Shown here piece by piece: positions 8,638-16,549 of a stretch of DNA of 64,000 bases. Position 1 is the stretch's first letter; each line of letters starts with the position of its first letter. The notes beneath the pieces were generated by a model. That model ran no database searches, was not told where the DNA came from, and saw nothing but the letters and a program-made list of their open reading frames with translations. The position numbers and the translations under genes are program-made. Origin of the DNA: an uncultured Sediminibacterium sp. (GTDB lineage: Bacteria > Bacteroidota > Bacteroidia > Chitinophagales > Chitinophagaceae). Location of the stretch: the NCBI GenBank assembly GCA_965650685.1, contig CBFGPM010000001.1:57415-121414 (forward strand), written 5' to 3'.

Positions 8638-9434
8638 ATATACAGGCTTACATAGAAAGTGGCATAATCGAAAGTTATGTGTTGGGCATGGCCGATGATC
8701 AGGAGCGTGCAGAACTGGAGTTGTTGAAACAACAGTATCCGGAAATTGCTGCCGCTATTGAAGCATTTGAGCTATCGCTTGAGCAACAGGCACTTTCTAA
8801 TGCTATACAGCCTGATCCTTCAGTTAAGCAAGCCTTGTTTGCCAAACTTGAAAATGAATTCGAGGACAACAATGAGGCAAAAATTGTTACTATGCAGGTT
8901 GCTAATCCAGGCTGGTTACGCTATACAGCCGTAGCTGCAATTATTCTGTTGGTTATAAGTGCCGCCAGCAATGTATATTTCTATAAACAGTTCCGCCAGG
9001 CATCCACACAATACCAGGCACTACTGATTGAACAATCGAGCCTGATTGCAAAAAATGACGCTTTACAAGCCAAAGGCCTTGACTTGTACAATGGCATACA
9101 AATTATGAGCGACCCTGCTTTTACCAAGGTTTCTATGCCAGGCATTAAATCGGAAGAAAACAAACTGGCTACAGTTTTCTGGGATAAGAAAAATAATGAT
9201 GTATATCTATTGGCCAACCGTTTACCTCAGGTAACTGAAACCACACAATACCAGCTTTGGGCAATTGTAGATGGCAAACCTGTTGATGCAGGACTAATAG
9301 ACGCCTGCACCGGCTTGTGTAAAATGAAAAACATCAGCAATGCCTCCGCCTTTGCCATTACTTTAGAAAAAAGAGGCGGCAGTCCTACCCCAAATCTCCA
9401 GCAATTACAGGTTATTGGAAATGTTAATGGTTAA
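8634..9434 (+). CDS. anti-sigma factor, RskA-like C-terminal domain
   Basis: Its start overlaps the sigma gene stop (ATGA). It has one TM segment (AVAAIILLVISAA) and a C-terminal YQLWAIVDGKPVDAGL...ITLEKRGGSPTPN typical of anti-sigma-K (RskA) domains. Confidence 0.75.
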   Translation: MNIQAYIESGIIESYVLGMADDQERAELELLKQQYPEIAAAIEAFELSLEQQALSNAIQPDPSVKQALFAKLENEFEDNNEAKIVTMQVANPGWLRYTAVAAIILLVISAASNVYFYKQFRQASTQYQALLIEQSSLIAKNDALQAKGLDLYNGIQIMSDPAFTKVSMPGIKSEENKLATVFWDKKNNDVYLLANRLPQVTETTQYQLWAIVDGKPVDAGLIDACTGLCKMKNISNASAFAITLEKRGGSPTPNLQQLQVIGNVNG

Positions 9435-9484
9435 ATCTGGCAACAGATTAACCTTCTCACAACAAATAAGATCATACAGAAAGG

Positions 9485-9492
9485 TATTTTTG
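9485..9492 (+). promoter_or_regulatory. -7 promoter box TATTTTTG upstream of the vanZ-like gene
   Basis: Exact TAnnTTTG match, 32 nt before the TTG start at 9525. Confidence 0.35.
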
Positions 9493-9524
9493 TAACTGCA
9501 CTTATTCACCTAATACTTTTCATT

Positions 9525-9917
9525 TTGAAATTATTGCATTTTATTCCGGCTTTTATTTTCCTGATCATAACCATTATTTTATTATGTCTACCCGGAAGCA
9601 ATGGACTTATGGGAAGTTGGTGGTTCAGAAATATACCTCAGTTCGATAAGCTGGTTCATATTGGCATGTTTGGTATACTCTGTTTTTTATTTCACCTTCC
9701 TGCGTGGAAAAGTACACTTCAAAATAGCGGCAGACAAAAATGGTTCTGGACCGTAAGTGTACTATCTGTTGCTTATGGAACCGGGATGGAATTTGTACAA
9801 CGCGAATTAATTGTAAATCGCTCTTTTGAAGAAGCAGATATTTTAGCGGATACCGTTGGGGCACTAGGTGCACTGGCACTTTCTCAAACTATTTTCCTAC
9901 GTAAAAAATTAGATTAA
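9525..9917 (+). CDS. VanZ-like family membrane protein
   Basis: 130 aa with about 4 TM segments and the DKLVHIGMFGIL and MEFVQ motifs typical of VanZ-like proteins. TTG start. Confidence 0.55.
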   Translation: MKLLHFIPAFIFLIITIILLCLPGSNGLMGSWWFRNIPQFDKLVHIGMFGILCFLFHLPAWKSTLQNSGRQKWFWTVSVLSVAYGTGMEFVQRELIVNRSFEEADILADTVGALGALALSQTIFLRKKLD

Positions 9918-9954
9918 AAGTTCTCATCCGATCAGGCAGGTACTAAAAAAGATT

Positions 9955-9976
9955 GTCCCCCGTAGAAACGGGGGAC
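9955..9976. terminator. GC-rich stem-loop, probably a bidirectional terminator
   Basis: GTCCCCCG TAGAAA CGGGGGAC forms an 8-bp stem. An A-run lies upstream on the + strand, which is a U-tail on the minus strand. It sits between convergent vanZ-like and cbb3-cluster transcription. Confidence 0.6.
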
Positions 9977-10200
9977 GCAACCAAAACTAACTGCTTATGA
10001 GAAAATTGACTACTTGCTTATATTTATTACTTACGCAAATTCAGTGCCAAAAGATGAAGCCGATTTGTTAATGATTTCAAAACAAATACTGCGCTTATTT
10101 ATTTACAGATACCTGTTCTTTAGCTACTGTTGCCTAATGCAAAGTTCTATATTAAAGACAGAAATAAATGTCAATGGTTTAACAATGATTTGTTAAAGGA

Positions 10201-10899
10201 TTAATGACAGGATACCGTATTTGCACTACGGTCGGAGGTATAGGGGCTGAGATAGGGGATATTCAAATTCAAGCCTCTGATTATCAATAAAATGGCTGTA
10301 AATCCAATTACATAGGGTACCAATTTGCGCATTGTTTTGCGACTTTGCCAGCTTAATTGTACACCCCAGAATGCCAGAGAGAACAACGCTGGCAGTGTTC
10401 CCAAACCAAAAACCAGCATAAATAAAGATGCATTTAAAATTGATCCTGTTGCAATAGCACCTCCTATGGCTATATAAACCATTCCGCATGGTAATAACCC
10501 ATTCGCCGCTCCCATTAGCCACATACCACTAAAGCCATGCTGGTGCATAGACCAGCCAATAAGTTTGCGGATTTTTTGCTGAAAGGGTGCCCAGGCTTTT
10601 GTTTGTTTGATGAAAACCCTACTCAACAGAAATAAGAGTATAGCACCTCCGGCAATAATAGAAAATGTCTGCTGCCATCCGGCTACACCAATCCGGTACC
10701 CAATGATACCCGCCAATCCACCCAAAATGGTATAGATGCTGATTCTTCCCAACTGATAAATTAATATACCGGCTATTTTTTTGGGTGCGGGTAAGTGTTG
10801 AACAGGTACACTTAAAACGAGCGGCCCGCACATACCAATACAATGCAGGCTACTGGCCAATCCTAATAATAATGCTGATATCAGTATGGCTATTGTCAT
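10201..10899 (-). CDS. TauE/SafE (DsbD_2-like) family membrane protein of the cbb3 cluster
   Basis: Polytopic membrane protein with the N-terminal SLHCIGMCGP motif. It is the last gene of the cco cluster and overlaps ccoH by 4 nt. Confidence 0.6.
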   Translation of the reverse strand: MTIAILISALLLGLASSLHCIGMCGPLVLSVPVQHLPAPKKIAGILIYQLGRISIYTILGGLAGIIGYRIGVAGWQQTFSIIAGGAILLFLLSRVFIKQTKAWAPFQQKIRKLIGWSMHQHGFSGMWLMGAANGLLPCGMVYIAIGGAIATGSILNASLFMLVFGLGTLPALFSLAFWGVQLSWQSRKTMRKLVPYVIGFTAILLIIRGLNLNIPYLSPYTSDRSANTVSCH

Positions 10900-11336
10900 T
10901 TGCCAGACAATTCAATTTCTTTTTCGAGATAGTATTTTTTGCCTGCTGCTTCCCAGCTTAATTTGAGCAGGTATTTATTAGCTGTAAGTTTTTTACGCTC
11001 CAGTAGCTGTCTTCCATCTTCATCAATGGTTAAAGGAAACCGAAGGTCTTTTACTGCGTCTGTTTTACAGTATAACCATGCTTCTCCTTTTATTTGTTGC
11101 GCTTTCATTTCCGGGGGGAACTGAAGAACAAGCCACTGTTCATCTTCATGAATAGTAACTGCACCAATGGTTGCCGCATTTGTACGTCCGTCTATTTTAT
11201 CCTGGTAACGCAATTCATCCTGGTAATACTCTTTACTCACTAATTCAAATCTTGTATTCATGGCTTTGTAAACCATCGTACCCATCAATGCTGCAAACCC
11301 TACAAAAACCAGTATTAATTTATTTCCCCAATTCAT
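10896..11336 (-). CDS. ccoH: FixH/CcoH family protein
   Basis: 146 aa with a single N-terminal TM segment. It is positioned after ccoG. Confidence 0.7.
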   Translation of the reverse strand: MNWGNKLILVFVGFAALMGTMVYKAMNTRFELVSKEYYQDELRYQDKIDGRTNAATIGAVTIHEDEQWLVLQFPPEMKAQQIKGEAWLYCKTDAVKDLRFPLTIDEDGRQLLERKKLTANKYLLKLSWEAAGKKYYLEKEIELSGK

Positions 11337-11361
11337 ATAAACTCATTTAAAGATTATTCAT

Positions 11362-12774
11362 TTATAAGGCTGGCCCAAGAAAATTCGTGGTAGTGCTTGC
11401 CAGCTTTTCTTCACCCTGATACAAGGCAAGTTTCAATATGGTTTTACGTTGCTTAACGGCCGATTTTGGTAAAACAATAAAGAATGTACCTGCTGCCTGA
11501 CCTTCTTTTTTAATAGTGATCAATGACTTTCCTGCCATTTGAATTTTACCTTCCTGATCTACCAATTCAATTTTCAGGTCTATATCTTTGGTTGTTTTAT
11601 TAATCAGTTTAATGTTATAAAGGTTTGATAAGCTATCTGTACCTCTTTCCTGGTATAACATTCCTGCTGTTCGTATAACGGTTACATCCACATCTTTTCG
11701 GGTAATCAATATCACAGAAAGAATCGATAACAGCAGGAAACATAAGCCTGTATACAGTTTCATTCGAACCGTATACCTGAGTGGTTCTCCTTTCGCAATA
11801 CTGTTCTCAGATGCATACCGGATTAACCCTTTAGGTTTATGGATGCTTTCCATCACATGATCACAGGCATCAATACAGGCAGTACATCCTACACATTCCA
11901 TTTGAACGCCGTTTCTGATATCTATACCTGTTGGACAAACCTTTACGCAGAGGTGGCAATCGATACAATCTCCAAAATCGCTGGTAGCTTGTTTTTTAAA
12001 ATTTCCCCTTGGCTCTCCTCTTTTATAATCGTAGGCAACAATCATAGAGTTTTTGTCGAGCAAAACGCTTTGTAAGCGTCCATAGGGACAAACAACCGTA
12101 CAGGCCTGTTCCCTGAAAAAAGCATACACGCCATAAAACACCCCACTGAATACAAGGATAGATGCAAACCCAACTACGTGTTCTGTTACGGGTTCTGTAA
12201 TAATTTTCTCCAGTTCTTTAATGCCAATGATATAAGCCAGAAAGAAATTAGCTATGATGAAAGATAGCAAGTAAAAAAGCAGGTGTTTTAATGCAACTTT
12301 TCCGATTTTCTTGCCTGTCCAGGGTGCAGCTTTTAATTGTTTTTGAGCAGGAGCATCACCCAAAACCAGGTACTCTACTTTCCTGAACATCATTTCCATG
12401 AAATTGGTTTGTGGACAGGCCCAGCCACAAAATAACCTTCCAAATGCTGCTGTAAAAAGTATGATGAAGAAAACAAAAGTGACCATGGTTAGGCCAAAGA
12501 TGAAAAAATCCTGTGGCCAGAAGATCTTACCAAAGAGGATAAACTTTGCTTCGGGAATATTAAACTGGAATAAAGGACGCCCATTGATTTCTACAAAGGG
12601 TAATCCAAAAAAAATGAGGAAGTAAAACACACTAAGTACCGTACGTAAATTATAAAATCTGCCTTTAGGTTTGTAGGCATAGATCCATTTACGTTTTCCT
12701 GATTCATCCACTGTTGCTATCCTGTCACGGAAAGCATCTGTTTCTATTACATTACTGTGTTTTACTTCACTCAT
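11362..12774 (-). CDS. ccoG: cytochrome c oxidase accessory protein CcoG (4Fe-4S ferredoxin type)
   Basis: Two ferredoxin Cys clusters (CIDCHLCVKVCP and CVGCTACIDAC), an extra CGWACPQ motif and TM segments. Confidence 0.9.
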   Translation of the reverse strand: MSEVKHSNVIETDAFRDRIATVDESGKRKWIYAYKPKGRFYNLRTVLSVFYFLIFFGLPFVEINGRPLFQFNIPEAKFILFGKIFWPQDFFIFGLTMVTFVFFIILFTAAFGRLFCGWACPQTNFMEMMFRKVEYLVLGDAPAQKQLKAAPWTGKKIGKVALKHLLFYLLSFIIANFFLAYIIGIKELEKIITEPVTEHVVGFASILVFSGVFYGVYAFFREQACTVVCPYGRLQSVLLDKNSMIVAYDYKRGEPRGNFKKQATSDFGDCIDCHLCVKVCPTGIDIRNGVQMECVGCTACIDACDHVMESIHKPKGLIRYASENSIAKGEPLRYTVRMKLYTGLCFLLLSILSVILITRKDVDVTVIRTAGMLYQERGTDSLSNLYNIKLINKTTKDIDLKIELVDQEGKIQMAGKSLITIKKEGQAAGTFFIVLPKSAVKQRKTILKLALYQGEEKLASTTTNFLGPAL

Positions 12775-12778
12775 GGCG

Positions 12779-13942
12779 TTAATTCAATCCTGCTTTTAGA
12801 ACAGGAGTTGCGGGTTGTGCGGAATCAGCTACTGCTGCTTCCTGGTATAACTCACCCTGCGGTTCTTTAGGCGTTGCGGGTTTGGTACCTTTAATTGATT
12901 TAATATAACTGGCTATCTGTGCTATCTGTGCGGGGGAATAATCATCTTTCCAGCTTTTCATTCCCTTCTCCGGCCATCCGTATTTGATTGATTTGAAAAC
13001 AGCAGAAATACTTCCTCCATGTAACCAATAATCATCTACCAGGTTTGGACCAACAGTACCTCCACCATCTGCTGAATGACAAGCAGCGCAGGCAGTTACA
13101 AATATTTTTTTACCGGCTTCCAGTGCGGAGGCATCGCTCAGGTAAGTAACTGTATTCTCATTTACATTATTCGCCGCATTTTTGAGGTAGGCTTCTTTTT
13201 CAATTTCAGCCTTTTGCATAACGGCTGCCAGTTCTTCCAGGCTTGATGGTGCTGTATGGGTTACATGATAACGCCATAGGTAAACACAGGCAAAAAGAAT
13301 ACAGATATAGAAACCATATAACCACCATGGTGGTAAACGGTTATCAAGTTCACGGATACCATCGTAATCGTGACCAAGGTCTATATTAGCATCTTCATGT
13401 ACCGGTCTGAAACGATTGGCTTTGTTCCACCACGCGGCAAAAGCCGATTCTTTTCTTTCTTCTGCAACAGCTGCTGTTTTTTCCACTTCCTTGGCCAATA
13501 AGCTCTTCAGGTGATACAGGAGCCATAACAGCACCAGTAATTCTACGCCTACCACTGATACTAATGCATAAAAAGCAGTAGGTGATAATCCGCTGATAGA
13601 TTGGCTTGCAGCCGCCGCTACAGGTTCATCAGCGGCAAAAGCTACAGAACTGAATAATAATAGACCGATGAGTGAAAGCACTTTTGTCTGCGCTCCTGCT
13701 TTGCGCTTTTCCCTGTATGCTTTCATGCGCATCTCTGCAGCACCCAGCACCACATGCGCCAATAAGGCAATAGCGAGCAGCAGCACTGCGATGATTACTA
13801 CCAATACTTGTGCCAGCGGATTAGCCATAGCAGATGGTTTTGGCGGACCTTCGGCCCACACGCTTGCAGGAACCAGGGTGCAGAAAAGTACCATTGTTCC
13901 TAAGCCAAAGAATTTGATCCGTTGAAAATTACGCTTTTGCAT
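12779..13942 (-). CDS. ccoP: cbb3-type cytochrome c oxidase subunit III-like (CcoP), single CxxCH seen
   Basis: It has the CcoP N-terminal motif (DGIRELDNRLPPWW), one haem c site (CAACH) and an extended hydrophobic N-terminus. Confidence 0.8.
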   Translation of the reverse strand: MQKRNFQRIKFFGLGTMVLFCTLVPASVWAEGPPKPSAMANPLAQVLVVIIAVLLLAIALLAHVVLGAAEMRMKAYREKRKAGAQTKVLSLIGLLLFSSVAFAADEPVAAAASQSISGLSPTAFYALVSVVGVELLVLLWLLYHLKSLLAKEVEKTAAVAEERKESAFAAWWNKANRFRPVHEDANIDLGHDYDGIRELDNRLPPWWLYGFYICILFACVYLWRYHVTHTAPSSLEELAAVMQKAEIEKEAYLKNAANNVNENTVTYLSDASALEAGKKIFVTACAACHSADGGGTVGPNLVDDYWLHGGSISAVFKSIKYGWPEKGMKSWKDDYSPAQIAQIASYIKSIKGTKPATPKEPQGELYQEAAVADSAQPATPVLKAGLN

Positions 13943-13967
13943 TGCGGTTTATTTATAGGTCAGTAGG

Positions 13968-14129
13968 TTAGTTGTCTAAGGGTAATTGACTGATCTCTTC
14001 TATCATTTTTTTATCTGCCTTCCATGCCCATAAAGTCATGAGCAGAAAAAAAGTAAAGAAGATGGAGAATGAACTCAGCGCATAGATATCTACACCGATG
14101 ATTTTTTCCAGATAGTTAATGAATTTCAT
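13968..14129 (-). CDS. ccoQ: CcoQ/FixQ-like small membrane protein (53 aa, below ORF-track cutoff)
   Basis: Hand translation gives MKFINYLEKIIGVDIYALSSFSIFFTFFLLMTLWAWKADKKMIEEISQLPLDN. It has one TM segment and lies exactly between ccoNO and ccoP. Confidence 0.7.
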   Translation of the reverse strand: MKFINYLEKIIGVDIYALSSFSIFFTFFLLMTLWAWKADKKMIEEISQLPLDN

Positions 14130-14140
14130 GATAGTAGGTT

Positions 14141-16270
14141 TTACTTTTTAGCTGCAAGTGTTTGTTCGCCTTTAATATCAACTCCGATTCTTTGCAGATA
14201 TGCAATCAGTGCAACTATCTCTTTATTGGCTCCTGTTTCAATTTTATCTGCTTTCAGGTTTTTACTGATTTTTTCTGCTTGTGCCATCAGTTCTTTATTC
14301 GCAATCTGATCGTATCCTTTTTCATAAGGAACACCCAATGTTTGCATTGCCCTTATTCGGGCTCCTGTTGTTGCAGTGTCAATTGCATCATCAAGCAACC
14401 ATGGATAAGATGGCATAATAGAACCCGGACTCATACTTTGCGGTTCCAGCATGTGGTTATAATGCCAGCTATCCGGATATTTTCCACCGATACGCGCTAA
14501 ATCTGGTCCGGTGCGTTTACTTCCCCACTGGAATGGGTGATCGTATACAAATTCACCTGCTTTACTATATTCACCGTAACGGGCAACTTCATCGCGGAAT
14601 GGGCGAATCATTTGTGAATGACAGGTATAACATCCTTCGCGAACATATATATCACGTCCGTGTAATTCAAGTGGTGTATATGGTTTAACAGCAGCAATGG
14701 TTGGAACATTGCTCTTGATAAGGAACGTTGGTACTATTTCAAGTATACCACCAATAGCCACAGCAATTAAACTGAATACCAGCATTTGAATGGGTCTTGC
14801 TTCAATCCAGCGGTGCCAGTATTGTTTGCCATGCGGAACAATTTTTGCCGGTAATGGTGGTGCTTCTGCTGCTTCATTTGCAACCAGTTTACCCGCTTTC
14901 ACAGTTTTAACGAGGTTATATACCATGATGAATACACCTATGAGGTATAATAATCCTCCGATACTTCTGGCTACATACAACGGAATGATATGTGTTACTG
15001 TTTCCAGGAACTGAAACTTAAGTGTTCCATCCTCAGTAAACTGTTTCCACATCATGGCTTGTGTAAATCCGGCCCAGTACATTGGTATTGCATACAATAC
15101 AATACCAATTGTACCTATCCAGAAATGCGTACTGGCCAGTTTTGTTGAATGCAAGGGGGTATTGAAAATTTTGGGTATAATCCAATACAGTATACCGAAT
15201 GTGAGGAAGCCATTCCAACCAAGTGCCCCAACGTGTACGTGAGCAATGGTCCAGTCTGTAAAGTGTGAGATAGCATTTACATTTTTCAGACTCAGCATTG
15301 GTCCTTCAAATGTGGCCATACCATAACAGGTAATGGCTACCACCATAAATTTAAGAATAGGATCTTCTCTTACTTTATCCCATGCACCCCTCAGTGTAAA
15401 TAAACCATTTAACATACCACCCCATGATGGTGCAATCAGCATCACACTAAATACCACTCCCAAACTCTGGGCCCAATCGGGCAAAGCTGTATATAAGAGG
15501 TGGTGCGGGCCTGCCCAGATATAAATAAAAATCAATGCCCAGAAGTGAATAATGGAAAGACGGTAGCTGTATACAGGTCTGTTTGCTGCTTTAGGCAGAA
15601 AATAATACATAATACCCAGGTAAGGAGTGGTAAGGAAGAACGCAACAGCATTGTGTCCATACCACCATTGTACCAATGCATCCTGCACACCTGCATACCA
15701 GCTATAACTCTTTAAAAAAGTAACAGGTATCTCAAACGAGTTTACTATATGCAGCATAGCCACAGTAACCCAGGTAGCTATATAAAACCAGATGGCTACA
15801 TACAAATGACTTTCACGACGTTTTAAAATGGTACCGAACATATTGATACCAAACACAACCCAGATTAAGGTAATGGCAATATCGATCGGCCATTCAAGCT
15901 CTGCATATTCTTTACCGGTAGTATACCCTGCCAGTAATGTCAAAGCCGCAGCTACAATAATCAGTTGCCAGCCCCAGAAATGTATTTTGCTGAGTGTATC
16001 ACTAAACATGCGGGCCTTACACAGACGCTGTAATGAATAATACACACCCATAAAAATACCGTTACCGACAAAAGCAAAAATCACTGCATTGGTATGCAAT
16101 GGCCTTACCCTTCCAAAAGTGGTGATGGGCAGATTAAAATTTGCGGCAGGCAAATAAATTTGTACCGCTGCAAGCAACCCAACCAACATACCTACCACAC
16201 CCCATAGTATGGTAGCGTATGCAAAATGCTTTACCGTTTTGTTGTCGTAAAAAAATTGTTCTGATTGCAT
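14141..16270 (-). CDS. ccoNO: cbb3-type cytochrome c oxidase, fused subunits I and II (CcoN-CcoO)
   Basis: 709 aa with a haem-copper oxidase core (multiple His-bearing TM helices) and a C-terminal CcoO monohaem domain (CYTCHSQMIRP). Confidence 0.9.
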   Translation of the reverse strand: MQSEQFFYDNKTVKHFAYATILWGVVGMLVGLLAAVQIYLPAANFNLPITTFGRVRPLHTNAVIFAFVGNGIFMGVYYSLQRLCKARMFSDTLSKIHFWGWQLIIVAAALTLLAGYTTGKEYAELEWPIDIAITLIWVVFGINMFGTILKRRESHLYVAIWFYIATWVTVAMLHIVNSFEIPVTFLKSYSWYAGVQDALVQWWYGHNAVAFFLTTPYLGIMYYFLPKAANRPVYSYRLSIIHFWALIFIYIWAGPHHLLYTALPDWAQSLGVVFSVMLIAPSWGGMLNGLFTLRGAWDKVREDPILKFMVVAITCYGMATFEGPMLSLKNVNAISHFTDWTIAHVHVGALGWNGFLTFGILYWIIPKIFNTPLHSTKLASTHFWIGTIGIVLYAIPMYWAGFTQAMMWKQFTEDGTLKFQFLETVTHIIPLYVARSIGGLLYLIGVFIMVYNLVKTVKAGKLVANEAAEAPPLPAKIVPHGKQYWHRWIEARPIQMLVFSLIAVAIGGILEIVPTFLIKSNVPTIAAVKPYTPLELHGRDIYVREGCYTCHSQMIRPFRDEVARYGEYSKAGEFVYDHPFQWGSKRTGPDLARIGGKYPDSWHYNHMLEPQSMSPGSIMPSYPWLLDDAIDTATTGARIRAMQTLGVPYEKGYDQIANKELMAQAEKISKNLKADKIETGANKEIVALIAYLQRIGVDIKGEQTLAAKK

Positions 16271-16304
16271 GAATGGTTGTTTTTTATAGTAGATGGGTTA
16301 GTAA

Positions 16305-16457
16305 CTATTTTTTATCGGGATGTTGATCGAATAGCATTCTTACAGATGGAGATTCTTCATCATCATACTGGCCCGATTTTACGCTCCATATAAATGCACC
16401 AAGGAATAACCCTGCTACACTGATACTTGCAATTAATAGGAGTATGATAACACTCAT
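16305..16457 (-). CDS. ccoS: cbb3 oxidase maturation protein CcoS (50 aa, below ORF-track cutoff)
   Basis: Hand translation gives MSVIILLLIASISVAGLFLGAFIWSVKSGQYDDEESPSVRMLFDQHPDKK. The WSVKSGQYDD motif is typical of CcoS/FixS. Confidence 0.8.
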   Translation of the reverse strand: MSVIILLLIASISVAGLFLGAFIWSVKSGQYDDEESPSVRMLFDQHPDKK

Positions 16458-16476
16458 AGCTGCTGAAATATTTCTG

Positions 16477-16484
16477 TAAAATTA
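16477..16484 (-). promoter_or_regulatory. -7-like promoter box TAATTTTA upstream of ccoS
   Basis: Near match to TAnnTTTG (last base A), 19 nt upstream of the ccoS ATG. Confidence 0.3.
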
Positions 16485-16506
16485 TTTTTCCCCCTCCCGG
16501 TAGCCT

Positions 16507-16520
16507 ATGATATTACTCAA
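16507..16520 (-). promoter_or_regulatory. candidate FNR/CRP-family box TTGAGTAATATCAT
   Basis: 8 of 10 matches to TTGAT-N4-ATCAA. Its centre is about 42 nt upstream of the start site predicted from the -7 box. An fnr-like gene lies in the same locus. Confidence 0.35.
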
Positions 16521-16549
16521 GAGCGGATATGATTTTAGTCATGTTTTTG

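Noticed and set aside
10014-10196. 60-aa plus-strand ORF in the vanZ-like/TauE-like gap
   Set aside because: It is an AT-rich spacer with a TTG start, no promoter box and no motif, so it is most likely non-coding.
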